Shown one piece after another: positions 17,736 to 26,320 of a DNA stretch of 52,971 bases. The notes beneath the pieces were generated by a model, which had not been told where the DNA came from, ran no database searches, and was given only the letters and a program-made list of their open reading frames with translations. The stretch is from a virus (taxonomy: Duplodnaviria; Caudoviricetes), in IMG/VR virus record IMGVR_UViG_3300009678_000010, positions 1-52,971 of that record, one strand, 5' to 3'. A program made the position numbers and the translations under genes. Within the stretch, counting starts at the first letter, position 1, and every line of letters starts with the position of its first letter.

Positions 17736-18859
17736 CGCCTGCCGACCTCTCCGCGCTGATGGTCGCGATGGCGCCGGTCATCAGGACGCACACGCAGAAG
17801 CAGATCGCGCTCGCCGTCGCGCCGTATCAGGCACACATCGATTCGCTTGAGCGGCGACTGATGGAGCTCGAAATGTGGGAGCCTCCAGACGTCATCAGCC
17901 CAATCGTGGCGCGTCTGGCGACGCTCGAAGCCCGCGAACCGCGCGACGGCCGCGATGGCTTGTCGATTGTCGGGCCGCGTGGCGATCGAGGCGAGCCCGG
18001 AGAGCGCGGGATGCAGGGCGCCGCCGGCGAGCGCGGGCCAGATGGCCATCCTGGGCCTGCCGGCGCACCAGGAGAGTCCATCGTCGGGCCACAAGGAGAT
18101 CAGGGCCTCGAAGGTCAGCCTGGCGACATCGGCCCAGCAGGGCCAGCAGGCGCGCCCGGCCGCGACGGCATCGACGGCCTGCACGGCAAAGACGGTGCAC
18201 CGGGCTCGTCCGGCCGCGACGGCATCGACGGCAAGAATGGCGAACCAGGGCGCCCGGGACTTGACGGGAAGGCAGGCATCGACGGCAAAGACGGCGCGCC
18301 AGGACTCGTCGGCAAGGATGGCGCGCACGGCCGTGATGGTATCGACGGCAAAGACGGCGCGGCCGGCCGCGACGGCCGAGACGGTGCACCGGGCCTCAAC
18401 GGCAAAGATGGCGCCGCTGGCCTGAACGGCAAAGACGGCAGCAACGGTCTGAACGGCAAGGACGGCAACGATGGCATCCACGGCAAGGACGGGGCACCAG
18501 GACGCGACGGCAAGGACGGCCTCGGCTTCGACGACTTCGGGCTGGAGCATCATCCGGCCAAGGGCTGGCGACTGTTCCTGAAGCAAGGCGACCGCGAGCG
18601 GGAATTCTGGTTGCCGTTGCCGTGGTTTGCCGGGCCGTTCGCCGCGGGCAAGAGTTATCCCGCCGGCGCGATGGTGCAGTATGACGGCCACAGCTGGATG
18701 GCGACGACCGAGACGGCGGAACTGCCGACTGAGGGGCACGACGCATGGCGCATGGTGACGCGCAGAGGCAAGCAAGGCCGCGACGGAAAACCTGGGCCAC
18801 AAGGGCGGCCAGGATTGGATTACACGCAACTTGATCCCAGCACGGGGCGAAAGTTCTAG
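17732..18859 (+). CDS. collagen-like (Gly-X-Y) head-associated protein
   Basis: Long GPxG/GKDG/GRDG triplet tract; C-terminal GKSYPAGAMVQYDGHSW...W.MVTRRG domain. Confidence 0.88.
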   Translation: MTPADLSALMVAMAPVIRTHTQKQIALAVAPYQAHIDSLERRLMELEMWEPPDVISPIVARLATLEAREPRDGRDGLSIVGPRGDRGEPGERGMQGAAGERGPDGHPGPAGAPGESIVGPQGDQGLEGQPGDIGPAGPAGAPGRDGIDGLHGKDGAPGSSGRDGIDGKNGEPGRPGLDGKAGIDGKDGAPGLVGKDGAHGRDGIDGKDGAAGRDGRDGAPGLNGKDGAAGLNGKDGSNGLNGKDGNDGIHGKDGAPGRDGKDGLGFDDFGLEHHPAKGWRLFLKQGDREREFWLPLPWFAGPFAAGKSYPAGAMVQYDGHSWMATTETAELPTEGHDAWRMVTRRGKQGRDGKPGPQGRPGLDYTQLDPSTGRKF

Positions 18860-19452
18860 GTAGTCAATGTGCGTTCGACTGACCAGCCACGCTGAAGGCG
18901 GCGCGTGAGGCAACTCTGATGTTTAAACCCCAGTCTCTTGGCCCAATCTGCCAGGCACAATGTCTCGCCTTGAAATGTTACTCGGTGATTCTTGGAGGTA
19001 TTTCTTCTCTGCTCGGCCCATGTGGCCCAGCGCACGTTTCCAGGCTCATAGTTGCCGTCGTTGTTGATGCGGTCAAGCGAGTAACCATCTGGGCACGGCC
19101 CAACGTCGCTGAAAAACGCCGCATAGTCGCGCCACTGTTCGCAGACGCGAATGCCACGTCCTCCATAGTGACGGTATCGGTCATTTCGGCTGTTTTCGCA
19201 GCGCTGAAACATTTGCTCCCATGCGGCATATTCGCGCGGTTTGCGGCCGTGACGAGTCTGCCCGTGCGTGATTGCCTTCTCAAGGCGCAGACATCCGCAA
19301 CTTTTGCGTCGACCTCTTCTCAAGTCGGAAGTCGAGGCAGTGGTTTCTTGTCCGCATTCACAACGACAACGCCACAGCGTATCGTGTCCGCGCGACACGA
19401 TTTCAATAACAGTCAGTCTTTCAAATGCCTGCCCTGTCAGGTCTAGTGTCAT
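18856..19452 (-). CDS. HNH homing-endonuclease-like protein (paralogous to 11461-12246)
   Basis: DLTGQAFERLTV, CRCECG, KSCGC, YGGRGIRVC, SLDRINNDGNYEPGNVRWAT. Confidence 0.85.
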   Translation of the reverse strand: MTLDLTGQAFERLTVIEIVSRGHDTLWRCRCECGQETTASTSDLRRGRRKSCGCLRLEKAITHGQTRHGRKPREYAAWEQMFQRCENSRNDRYRHYGGRGIRVCEQWRDYAAFFSDVGPCPDGYSLDRINNDGNYEPGNVRWATWAEQRRNTSKNHRVTFQGETLCLADWAKRLGFKHQSCLTRRLQRGWSVERTLTT

Positions 19453-19706
19453 GGCATTCTCGATGACAGGCGACGCAGGGCTTCGCGAGCGGCGCGATCG
19501 TAGGGTGGATAGAGGTTTACCCATCGGTCGCCCATGCGCTTCTGTAACCAGCTACAGCGAAGACCATCTAGCACGGTCGTTTCCAGCCGATACTTTCGCG
19601 GCCGACCGCCGAGACGGCCCATCCGCGACAGTTCAGCGGCCGGAAGGTTCGCGCGGGCCTTCCCGCCTCTCCGGCCAAGCGCGACGGCGTGAGGATTTTT
19701 TCTCAT
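19449..19706 (-). CDS. small basic protein with GRRGG/GRLGG (KGG-like) repeats
   Basis: KNPHAVALGRRGGKARANL...LSRMGRLGGRPRK. Confidence 0.65.
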   Translation of the reverse strand: MRKNPHAVALGRRGGKARANLPAAELSRMGRLGGRPRKYRLETTVLDGLRCSWLQKRMGDRWVNLYPPYDRAAREALRRLSSRMP

Positions 19707-19711
19707 CTGAG

Positions 19712-19921
19712 TCACTCTTCCCACGACTGCGGTTCTACGAGCGCATGGTCTACCCATCCTGCGTCATAGGGCGATGGGTCCATATCGTCTGGCGGTTCTT
19801 CGCTGATGACGAACCAGCCATCGCGGCTGAGCACCATAACGGGAGCTCCGTTCGCATCGGCCGTTCCTTGTGCTATTTCCAGTGCGATGCGCGGGTTGGC
19901 GTATTGTGTCGTGTTCATCAT
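19712..19921 (-). CDS. small acidic hypothetical protein
   Basis: AGGGAG RBS and a consensus promoter upstream. Confidence 0.65.
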   Translation of the reverse strand: MMNTTQYANPRIALEIAQGTADANGAPVMVLSRDGWFVISEEPPDDMDPSPYDAGWVDHALVEPQSWEE

Positions 19922-19947
19922 GTCGTCTCTCCCTGTTTGATGTGACG

Positions 19948-19976
19948 ATAATACTTGTCGGTAGGTTCCGTGTCAA
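19948..19976 (-). promoter_or_regulatory. near-consensus sigma70 promoter TTGACA-N17-TATTAT
   Basis: Minus strand reads TTGACAcggaacctaccgacaagTATTAT. Confidence 0.8.
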
Positions 19977-19993
19977 GCACTAAATAAGCAGAT

Positions 19994-20653
19994 ATGCGGA
20001 TTCCTGAAGAGAAAGCGAAACCGCCCGTTGAGCCGGCGCCTCGGCTCTATCCTGACGGGGCCACGGTCGCCATACTCGGCTCTGGGCCATCGCTGACGCA
20101 GGCCGATGTCGATCTGCTCCGCGGCCGCGTCGATGGTGTTGTCGCGGTCAACGATTCGTATCGGCTCTGCCCGTGGGCCACGGTGCTCTACGCCGGCGAT
20201 CGGCACTGGTGGAAGTGGCACAAAGGCGCGCCAGGATTCGCCGGCCGGAAGTTCTCGATCTCCTCGACGGTGTATCCCGATGTGCAGGTCTTGAAGCGTG
20301 GCCCAGAGACGGGCCTGTCGATGTCGCCGGACACGCTGGCGCTCGGGCGCAACTCCGTTTATCAGGCCATGAACTTGGCCGTGCATTTCGGCGCCACCAG
20401 CATCATCCTGCTCGGCGTGGACCTACAGGGCACGCACTTCTTTGGGTTGCATCCTGACGGCTCGAAGCCGCCATTCGACCTCTGCCGGCAACGTTTCGCG
20501 ACATTAGTTCAACCGCTCGCACAACTCGGCATCGAGGTCGTCAACTGTTCGCGTGTGACGACGCTGCGATGCTTCGCTCGCCGCACGTTGGAAGACGTGC
20601 TCGATGTCACGTATGTATCCGATACCGACGCATCCCGTTCCGTCTCAGCTTGA
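19994..20653 (+). CDS. Rossmann-like sugar-transferase-type protein (MptE/DUF115- or GT42-like)
   Basis: VAILGSGPSL, VVAVND, NSVYQAMNLAVHFGATSIILLGVD, VVNCS. Confidence 0.7.
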   Translation: MRIPEEKAKPPVEPAPRLYPDGATVAILGSGPSLTQADVDLLRGRVDGVVAVNDSYRLCPWATVLYAGDRHWWKWHKGAPGFAGRKFSISSTVYPDVQVLKRGPETGLSMSPDTLALGRNSVYQAMNLAVHFGATSIILLGVDLQGTHFFGLHPDGSKPPFDLCRQRFATLVQPLAQLGIEVVNCSRVTTLRCFARRTLEDVLDVTYVSDTDASRSVSA

Positions 20654-21284
20654 ACGGCTGCGTCCGTTCATCGAGGGCCGCGACTGTCTGGTGGTCGGCT
20701 CGGCGCCGCTGCCGACCGAGCACGCGCAGGACCGGCCGGGCGAAGTCGTGATTGCCGTCAATGGCGGGATTTCCAGTTGCGCTGGCATCCCTTCGGTTTG
20801 GTTCGTCAACAGCAAGCAACAGGACCGACCCGGCGACAAGAACCTGACGCCGTTGCACAAGCGCATGATGGAGCAGGCCACGAATCGCCGCGTGCATCAC
20901 ATCGTGCTGTTGCGCGGGTCGAAGGTCGCCTCAGAAGAGGGCACGTTCGAACGGCTCGATCAACTGTGCGTCCGCCGCGAGAGTTGGTCACTGCTCGACA
21001 AGACCACGAAGGCGCACGTCGAGTCGATCCTCTGCGATCGCAATCTCGGCGAGAAGCGGCCGTGTAGTTCGGGCTTGCTCGCGGTCGCGGTGGCGTTCTG
21101 GTGCGGCGCGTCGAATGTCCGCATGGAAGGCTTTTCGTGGAGTCCTGGCCATCATTACAAGTTGCCGCAGCCGATCCAGAAGCGCTGGCATGACGTGGCC
21201 GACAAGCGCGCGCTCAAGGAGTTGTATCAGCGTTTCGGAGATCGACTCCAGACGACACTCCTGAAGCGCAAGGTGGCCGCGTGA
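20604..21284 (+). CDS. sialyltransferase (GT29)-like fold protein
   Basis: CLVVGSAP...VIAVNG; PCSSGLLAV...V.MEGFS...HY...H resembles sialylmotifs S and VS. Confidence 0.6.
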   Translation: MSRMYPIPTHPVPSQLERLRPFIEGRDCLVVGSAPLPTEHAQDRPGEVVIAVNGGISSCAGIPSVWFVNSKQQDRPGDKNLTPLHKRMMEQATNRRVHHIVLLRGSKVASEEGTFERLDQLCVRRESWSLLDKTTKAHVESILCDRNLGEKRPCSSGLLAVAVAFWCGASNVRMEGFSWSPGHHYKLPQPIQKRWHDVADKRALKELYQRFGDRLQTTLLKRKVAA

Positions 21285-21901
21285 AGGAAGTCATCATCCT
21301 CGGAAAGCGCCGCGAAGCAGCATCGCCTCTCGTGCGCTGGCCCGGTGCTGAGTTCTGGGGCGTCAGCGGAAGCCAGCAACGCTACGCGCGCAAGTTTCCG
21401 CCGTTGACCGATTGGACGTCGTGGTGGGATTTGCATCACGTCCACAAGACGGAGTTTCATCGCGGCATTCGAGAGCAACGGCCGCGCACCTACGAGTGGT
21501 ATAAGACGCTGCCCGGTCCTGAGTCGCCGGACTTCCGACCGCTGTATACGCTGGAGCCGCATCCCTCAATCCCGGCGAGCATTCGATTCCCACGCGAGGA
21601 CGTCATCGGCGCCTTCCCGGAATTGTTCGACGACGGCCGCTTCATGGGTAGTTGCCAAGTCGATCTGATGATGGCCTATGCGTTGATGAAAGGCTTCGAG
21701 CACATCATCCTGAGCGGCCACGGCACGAAAATGGACGCGCTGCACGCGCAGCAGCACAAAGGCATCCTGTATTGGGCCGGTGCGGCTCGCGCGATGGGCG
21801 TGCGCGTGACGATGGTGGCGCCGAGCATGTATTCAGCGCCGCCCAAAATCTACGGGCTCGAGATGGGCTCGTGGACTCCGCCTGTAAAGAAGCGCCGATG
21901 A
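21281..21901 (+). CDS. third Rossmann-like transferase-fold protein
   Basis: VIILG..WGVS..WDLH..QVDLMMAYALMKGFEHIILSG; same motif order as the two upstream genes. Confidence 0.55.
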   Translation: MKEVIILGKRREAASPLVRWPGAEFWGVSGSQQRYARKFPPLTDWTSWWDLHHVHKTEFHRGIREQRPRTYEWYKTLPGPESPDFRPLYTLEPHPSIPASIRFPREDVIGAFPELFDDGRFMGSCQVDLMMAYALMKGFEHIILSGHGTKMDALHAQQHKGILYWAGAARAMGVRVTMVAPSMYSAPPKIYGLEMGSWTPPVKKRR

Positions 21902-22875
21902 GACTCTCGACGCACGGCGCGATGCAGAACCTGCGCGACGCCATCGAGGCGTGCCAGTCGTCCGAGCGGCCGATTCTCGTCGGGCCGTGGCTGACCGAGA
22001 TCGGCTTCGAGGTGCTGTATTGGATTCCGTTTCTGCGCTGGGTCATCGAGTCCGCGCGCATCGATCCGGAGCGTCTCATCATCGTGTCGCGCGGCGGCTG
22101 TCGCGACTGGTATGCCGACCTCGGCGCCGTGCGCTATGTCGATGTGTTTGACCTGATGTCGGTCAACGCCTTCAGGCACGGCAACGAGCGCCGCGTGTTG
22201 GCGCAGAACAAGAAGACCGGCCGCCGCGTGCGGAAGCATTTCGTGAGCGGAGCGTTCGATCAAACCATCATCTCGGCGGTCATGGTGCACGTCGACATCA
22301 AGCGCACGCCGGCCGTGCTGCATCCGTCGCTGATGTATCAACTGTTTCGCGTGTTCTGGACGGACGGCAATCAGGAGATGCTCGACGCGCACACGCGGTA
22401 TCGGCCGATGGCGCGACCGCCCGCGCACGGGCTGGATCTTCCGGAGCGTTACGTCGCGGTCAAGTGGTATGCCTCGGAATGCTTTCCGGACAATGCGAAG
22501 CAGCGCGCCTTCGTGCAGCAGACGATTCTGACGTTGCTCGACACGACCGATGTCGTGCTGCTCGAGACGGGCATGGTCTTCGATGACCACTCCGACTTGC
22601 GGACGAACGACCCGCGCCTGCACCGCATCAAGATGACGCCAGCGACGAACCTGCAAATCCAGACGCGGGTCATCGCCGGGGCGTCGGCGCTGGTCGGCAC
22701 CTATGGCGGGTTCTCGTATCTCGGGCCGCTGCTCGGCATTCCGACCACGGCGTATTACGCGAAGCCGGACGGCTTCAGACAGGACCATCTGAAGCTGGCA
22801 CAGGCGCTGTTCGCGCATCCAGAGCATGGGCGCTTCACGGTGGCTCAGCGCATCGTTCCAGCGGCAGCCGCATGA
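21898..22875 (+). CDS. putative GT-B-like (GT9-related) glycosyltransferase or polysaccharide-modifying protein
   Basis: GPWLTEIGFEVLYWIPFLRW N-terminus; C-terminal VIAGASALVGTYGGFSYLGPLLGIPT. Confidence 0.55.
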   Translation: MRLSTHGAMQNLRDAIEACQSSERPILVGPWLTEIGFEVLYWIPFLRWVIESARIDPERLIIVSRGGCRDWYADLGAVRYVDVFDLMSVNAFRHGNERRVLAQNKKTGRRVRKHFVSGAFDQTIISAVMVHVDIKRTPAVLHPSLMYQLFRVFWTDGNQEMLDAHTRYRPMARPPAHGLDLPERYVAVKWYASECFPDNAKQRAFVQQTILTLLDTTDVVLLETGMVFDDHSDLRTNDPRLHRIKMTPATNLQIQTRVIAGASALVGTYGGFSYLGPLLGIPTTAYYAKPDGFRQDHLKLAQALFAHPEHGRFTVAQRIVPAAAA

Positions 22876-22887
22876 CTGAGTGAACTA

Positions 22888-23082
22888 ATGAGTCAACTCC
22901 AGCGCGTGCAAATAGTGAATCGAAAGCATCCTCACTTCGAGGAATATGGGCGATTCACTGGCAAGATTATCGCTCCAATCTGGGGCGGCAAGATGGCCGA
23001 GGTTAAACTGGAACACTGCCGCCACGGAACTGACGGCTGTTTCGTTAGCGTTGGAGACGTTCGACAGGTGGCAGAGCGTTGA
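22888..23082 (+). CDS. small SH3-like hypothetical protein
   Basis: 64-aa beta-rich ORF; stop overlaps the next gene. Confidence 0.55.
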   Translation: MSQLQRVQIVNRKHPHFEEYGRFTGKIIAPIWGGKMAEVKLEHCRHGTDGCFVSVGDVRQVAER

Positions 23083-23795
23083 GAATCGCTGTCACGATTC
23101 GCACCGCGAACCGCGCGCCGCACAAGAACTATCTCGGCGCGACCGTGCGGCAACTCCTGGCGCAAGGCGTCAACATGGAAGACATCCATATCGCCGCGAC
23201 GGACCCTGACGTGGCGTGGCTGGCGCGCGAGCTCAGTGCCTCGACCTGGCGTCTGGACGTGCCAGCAGCGAAGCGCACGCCGAACGAGAACGGGCTGGCC
23301 CAGATTGCGATGGTCGAGCCGTCGAGCTATGACTGGATTCTCCTACTCGAAGATGACCTCGAATTCTGCGCGGACTTCCTCGGCAGCGTCGAGCGATGGC
23401 TGGAGCGCTACGCCCGGGCCGACCGCCACGTCTATCGCTTCTTCGGCTTCAATGTGCCGTCGCGGCCGAAGGCGGCTTACGATGTGCGGCTGGAGCGCAT
23501 CCGGGCGTCGCAGGCGCAGGCGTTGCGGATGGCCGATGCGCTGGACTTCCTGGCATGGGGCCGCGCGCACCTCCACGACTGGCCGCTGCAGACGGCATGG
23601 GGCCGGGCCTATACCGACCACTGGCGCGGCTTCGATAAGCTGGTAGCCAGTTGGGCGCTGACCCGATGGCCGGGCCAGCCAGCGCTCGCCAGCCATCCGC
23701 AATTCGTCCGGCACGTCGGCCAGCACTCCAGCATCCACGCCCGCACGGCGTGGAATGATGCCGCCTTCGCGGGCCGGACGTGGTCGTTTCTGTGA
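23079..23795 (+). CDS. GT-A fold glycosyltransferase (GT25/GT2-like)
   Basis: IAVTIRT..R..YL, WILLLEDDL, HVGQHSS. Confidence 0.7.
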   Translation: MRIAVTIRTANRAPHKNYLGATVRQLLAQGVNMEDIHIAATDPDVAWLARELSASTWRLDVPAAKRTPNENGLAQIAMVEPSSYDWILLLEDDLEFCADFLGSVERWLERYARADRHVYRFFGFNVPSRPKAAYDVRLERIRASQAQALRMADALDFLAWGRAHLHDWPLQTAWGRAYTDHWRGFDKLVASWALTRWPGQPALASHPQFVRHVGQHSSIHARTAWNDAAFAGRTWSFL

Positions 23796-23807
23796 ATAAT
23801 TGACGAC

Positions 23808-24068
23808 ATGAAGACTCGCGAGAGAAGGCGACACGATCGCTGGAGAATGGTGCAGAAAGCTGTCCGACTTTTTCGAATGTTCGATGGCTCTAAGGCGGTC
23901 CAGAAGGACGAGCGCGGCTTATCTGTAAGGCGCAGGGCGCACGATCCAGAACGACTAGCCGACCATCTGGCCTGCTGCTCATGTTTAGCCTGCGTCAATC
24001 CACAGGCCGAGAAGTGGCATCAGCGCCGAGAACGTCAGGCTGATGCCGAAGCGCAGGCGTTTCTGTAA
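23808..24068 (+). CDS. small basic hypothetical protein (CCSCLAC.NP)
   Basis: Fills the gap before the connector promoter. Confidence 0.55.
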   Translation: MKTRERRRHDRWRMVQKAVRLFRMFDGSKAVQKDERGLSVRRRAHDPERLADHLACCSCLACVNPQAEKWHQRRERQADAEAQAFL

Positions 24069-24111
24069 TACAACAATCCCATCTCAGCGCCGGTCGTGTA
24101 GGCTGAGCCGC
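24060..24111 (+). promoter_or_regulatory. putative late promoter, copy 2
   Basis: TTTCTGTAATACAACAATC-N16-CGTGTAGGCTGAGCCGC, then A-ATG. Confidence 0.7.
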
Positions 24112-24112
24112 A

Positions 24113-24415
24113 ATGGCGCGCGTGACGTTGGCGCAGGCAGCGGCGCATCTGCGACGGCCGGACCTCGTCGTCCCGCCTGACCCTGACCTCGTCCTGAAAC
24201 TTGAGCAGGCTGAGGCCATCGTGCTCGACTACATCAAGAACGACGCGCCGGACAACTCCAAAGTCATAAACGCCGCCATCCTCTTGCAACTGGGAGAGAT
24301 GTGGCGCTTCCGCGGCGATGACCTCGACGACCAGCGCGTCACGCAGACCGACGGCGACCTCTCGCCAGTCGTCACGAACCTGCTTCGCCGGCATCGGGAT
24401 CCGGCCCTGGCATGA
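24113..24415 (+). CDS. head-tail connector (HK97 gp6-like)
   Basis: VTLAQAAAHLR..LEQAEAIVLDY..AAILLQLGEMWRFR..LLRRHRDP. Confidence 0.9.
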   Translation: MARVTLAQAAAHLRRPDLVVPPDPDLVLKLEQAEAIVLDYIKNDAPDNSKVINAAILLQLGEMWRFRGDDLDDQRVTQTDGDLSPVVTNLLRRHRDPALA

Positions 24416-24777
24416 TTTCCTCTGGCCTGCGGCGGCATCTCGTGACCATCGAAACGCCCGGCGACCGCGAGATGACCGGCGATGGCGACTGGATCGATAC
24501 GTGGGAGTCGCTCGGGACGCGCATGGCCGCGATCGCTCCGGCGACCGCCCATCAGGCCGAGCGCATCCGACAGGGCACTGTGACCGCCACACGGCCGTTT
24601 GTCATTACCGTGTCGTATCTCGACGGTCTGACGACGCTCGCGCGGGTTGTCTTCTCCGGCCGGGTGTTCCACGTGCTCGACGTCGAGGATCCGGAACTGC
24701 GCGGCATCGAACAGGTGCTCTACTGCGCCGAGCAGGAAGTGCTCGCGACCGTGCCGCTTGAGACTGGAACTCCATGA
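24412..24777 (+). CDS. head closure protein (SPP1 gp16-like)
   Basis: LRRHLVTIE..W..AAIAP..RVVFSGRVFHVLDVED..LYC. Confidence 0.88.
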   Translation: MISSGLRRHLVTIETPGDREMTGDGDWIDTWESLGTRMAAIAPATAHQAERIRQGTVTATRPFVITVSYLDGLTTLARVVFSGRVFHVLDVEDPELRGIEQVLYCAEQEVLATVPLETGTP

Positions 24778-25001
24778 ACAACTATTATTCCGCCCGCGCG
24801 CTCGGTGCGATCTTGGTGCAGGCTGGCGTGTTGCCTGCGAATTGCCGAGACGCTGAATTGGTGATTCCGGTCAACGGTGCACTGATGCTGCACTGCAACT
24901 TTTTCGTGACCGACGAGGACATCCCGAAGATTCAGAAGGCGCTCGGCGACCTCCTCGAATCGTCTCGGCGTGTTGAGCCTGCCGCAGAGGTCACAGCATG
25001 A
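24774..25001 (+). CDS. hypothetical protein inserted in the connector operon
   Basis: ATGA overlaps on both sides. Confidence 0.55.
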   Translation: MNNYYSARALGAILVQAGVLPANCRDAELVIPVNGALMLHCNFFVTDEDIPKIQKALGDLLESSRRVEPAAEVTA

Positions 25002-25429
25002 GCGTCCGCGTGCAGTGGACCGGCCTCGGCGAATTCGAGCAGCAACTGCGGAACCTGCCCGACCGCCTGACCGCCGAAGCGGGCCGCGAAGCGCTCGCCG
25101 CCGCGAATTCGATGGCTGTGCAGGTTCGGACCATCTACGGCCAGCACGCCATCACCGGCGGCCTGCGCGACTCCGTCACCGTCGAAGTGCAGGAACAGAG
25201 CCGGGCTGGTGTGGCCGTCCGAGTGCGCGCGCGTTCGCCGATTGCGTGGCTGTTCGACAACGGCAGTCAGGCGAGACATTGGCTCAACGGCAAGAGCACC
25301 GGCAAGATGTGGGGCAAGCGCCCGCCGGCGCACGTGTTCGTGCGGACGGCCGTCCGGCAGCGGCGCTCGATGTTCGACCGGTTGATCGGCATGGTGCGCC
25401 GCGAAGGCTTCAAGGTGAACGGTGCCTGA
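24998..25429 (+). CDS. HK97 gp10-like neck protein
   Basis: TGLGEFEQQL, TGGLRDSV, WLFDNGS, PPAHVFVR. Confidence 0.85.
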   Translation: MSVRVQWTGLGEFEQQLRNLPDRLTAEAGREALAAANSMAVQVRTIYGQHAITGGLRDSVTVEVQEQSRAGVAVRVRARSPIAWLFDNGSQARHWLNGKSTGKMWGKRPPAHVFVRTAVRQRRSMFDRLIGMVRREGFKVNGA

Positions 25430-25841
25430 TTCCTCGCTGATTGACCAGGCGCTGCTCATGCGGCTCGGGAGCGATGCCACGCTGCTCGGCCTGTGCCCGA
25501 ACGGCGTGTATTACCAGGAGGCACCAGAAGGCGCGAAGCAGTTCGTCATCGTGTCGCTGGTCGAGGAGCACGACGAGGGCACGTTCGAACAGCGAGGCTT
25601 CGAGGATGCGCTCTATATGGTCGAGGCGCGCATGGCGAGCACCGCCGGCGGGAACATTCAGGCCGCGGCCGCGCGCATCGATGCACTGCTCGAAGACGTG
25701 CCGATCGAGGCCGCGGGCTTTCACGCGATGGCCTGCTTCCGGGAGAGTCGCTTGCGGATGACGGAGGTCGATGATGCCGACCCGTCGATCCGCTGGTTTC
25801 GTCGCGGCGGGATGTATCGAGTCCAGGTATCACTCGTGTAG
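25422..25841 (+). CDS. tail completion/terminator protein (DUF3168-like)
   Basis: LMRLGSDATL..VYYQEAP..FVIV..IDALL; position before the tail tube gene. Confidence 0.8.
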   Translation: MPDSSLIDQALLMRLGSDATLLGLCPNGVYYQEAPEGAKQFVIVSLVEEHDEGTFEQRGFEDALYMVEARMASTAGGNIQAAAARIDALLEDVPIEAAGFHAMACFRESRLRMTEVDDADPSIRWFRRGGMYRVQVSLV

Positions 25842-25862
25842 TCGAATTCACAGGAGACGCAC

Positions 25863-26306
25863 ATGGCTATTCGTTCAGGACGCACCGGGCGCGTGCGATG
25901 GAGCCCGTCAGGGGCAGGCACGCCGGCCGACCTCGTCGAAATCATCTCGCTCAACGCGTGGACGCTCAGCCTTCGAACCGACTTCGAAGAGGTCACGGCG
26001 TTCGGCGACAACAATAAGGTCTACATCCCGGGCATGCGCGACATCAGCGGGACGGTCGGAGGCTTCTACAATGGCTCCGAGCTCGCGCTCGTCCGAGCCA
26101 CCGAGGAGACCGAGCCGGGCCTGTTGGAACTCTCGCCGAACGACATCGACGGGAACCTCTCGGGCACGCCGGCCGATCTGCCGATGCATTACAGCGGCCT
26201 GGCGTATCTGGACTGCGAGATCAACTGCAGTCTGGCGGCGCCGCGCATCACCGGCAATTTCCGCGCGGCGGGAAGCTGGACGCTGCCGAACCAGGAAGTC
26301 GCCTAA
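25863..26306 (+). CDS. major tail (tube) protein
   Basis: AGGAG RBS; WTLSL..EEVTAFGD..KVYIPGMRDISGTVGGFY; gene order. Confidence 0.85.
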   Translation: MAIRSGRTGRVRWSPSGAGTPADLVEIISLNAWTLSLRTDFEEVTAFGDNNKVYIPGMRDISGTVGGFYNGSELALVRATEETEPGLLELSPNDIDGNLSGTPADLPMHYSGLAYLDCEINCSLAAPRITGNFRAAGSWTLPNQEVA

Positions 26307-26320
26307 GCGGGCGCTGACGC

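Noticed and set aside
18150-18520. GGCAAGGACGGC-type DNA repeats as a CRISPR array or VNTR
   Set aside because: They encode collagen Gly-X-Y triplets; there is no constant repeat/unique spacer structure and no cas gene
25835-25850. GTGTAGTCGA here and at about 30454 as further late-promoter copies
   Set aside because: Both coincide with Val-stop codons and lack the upstream 19-bp box
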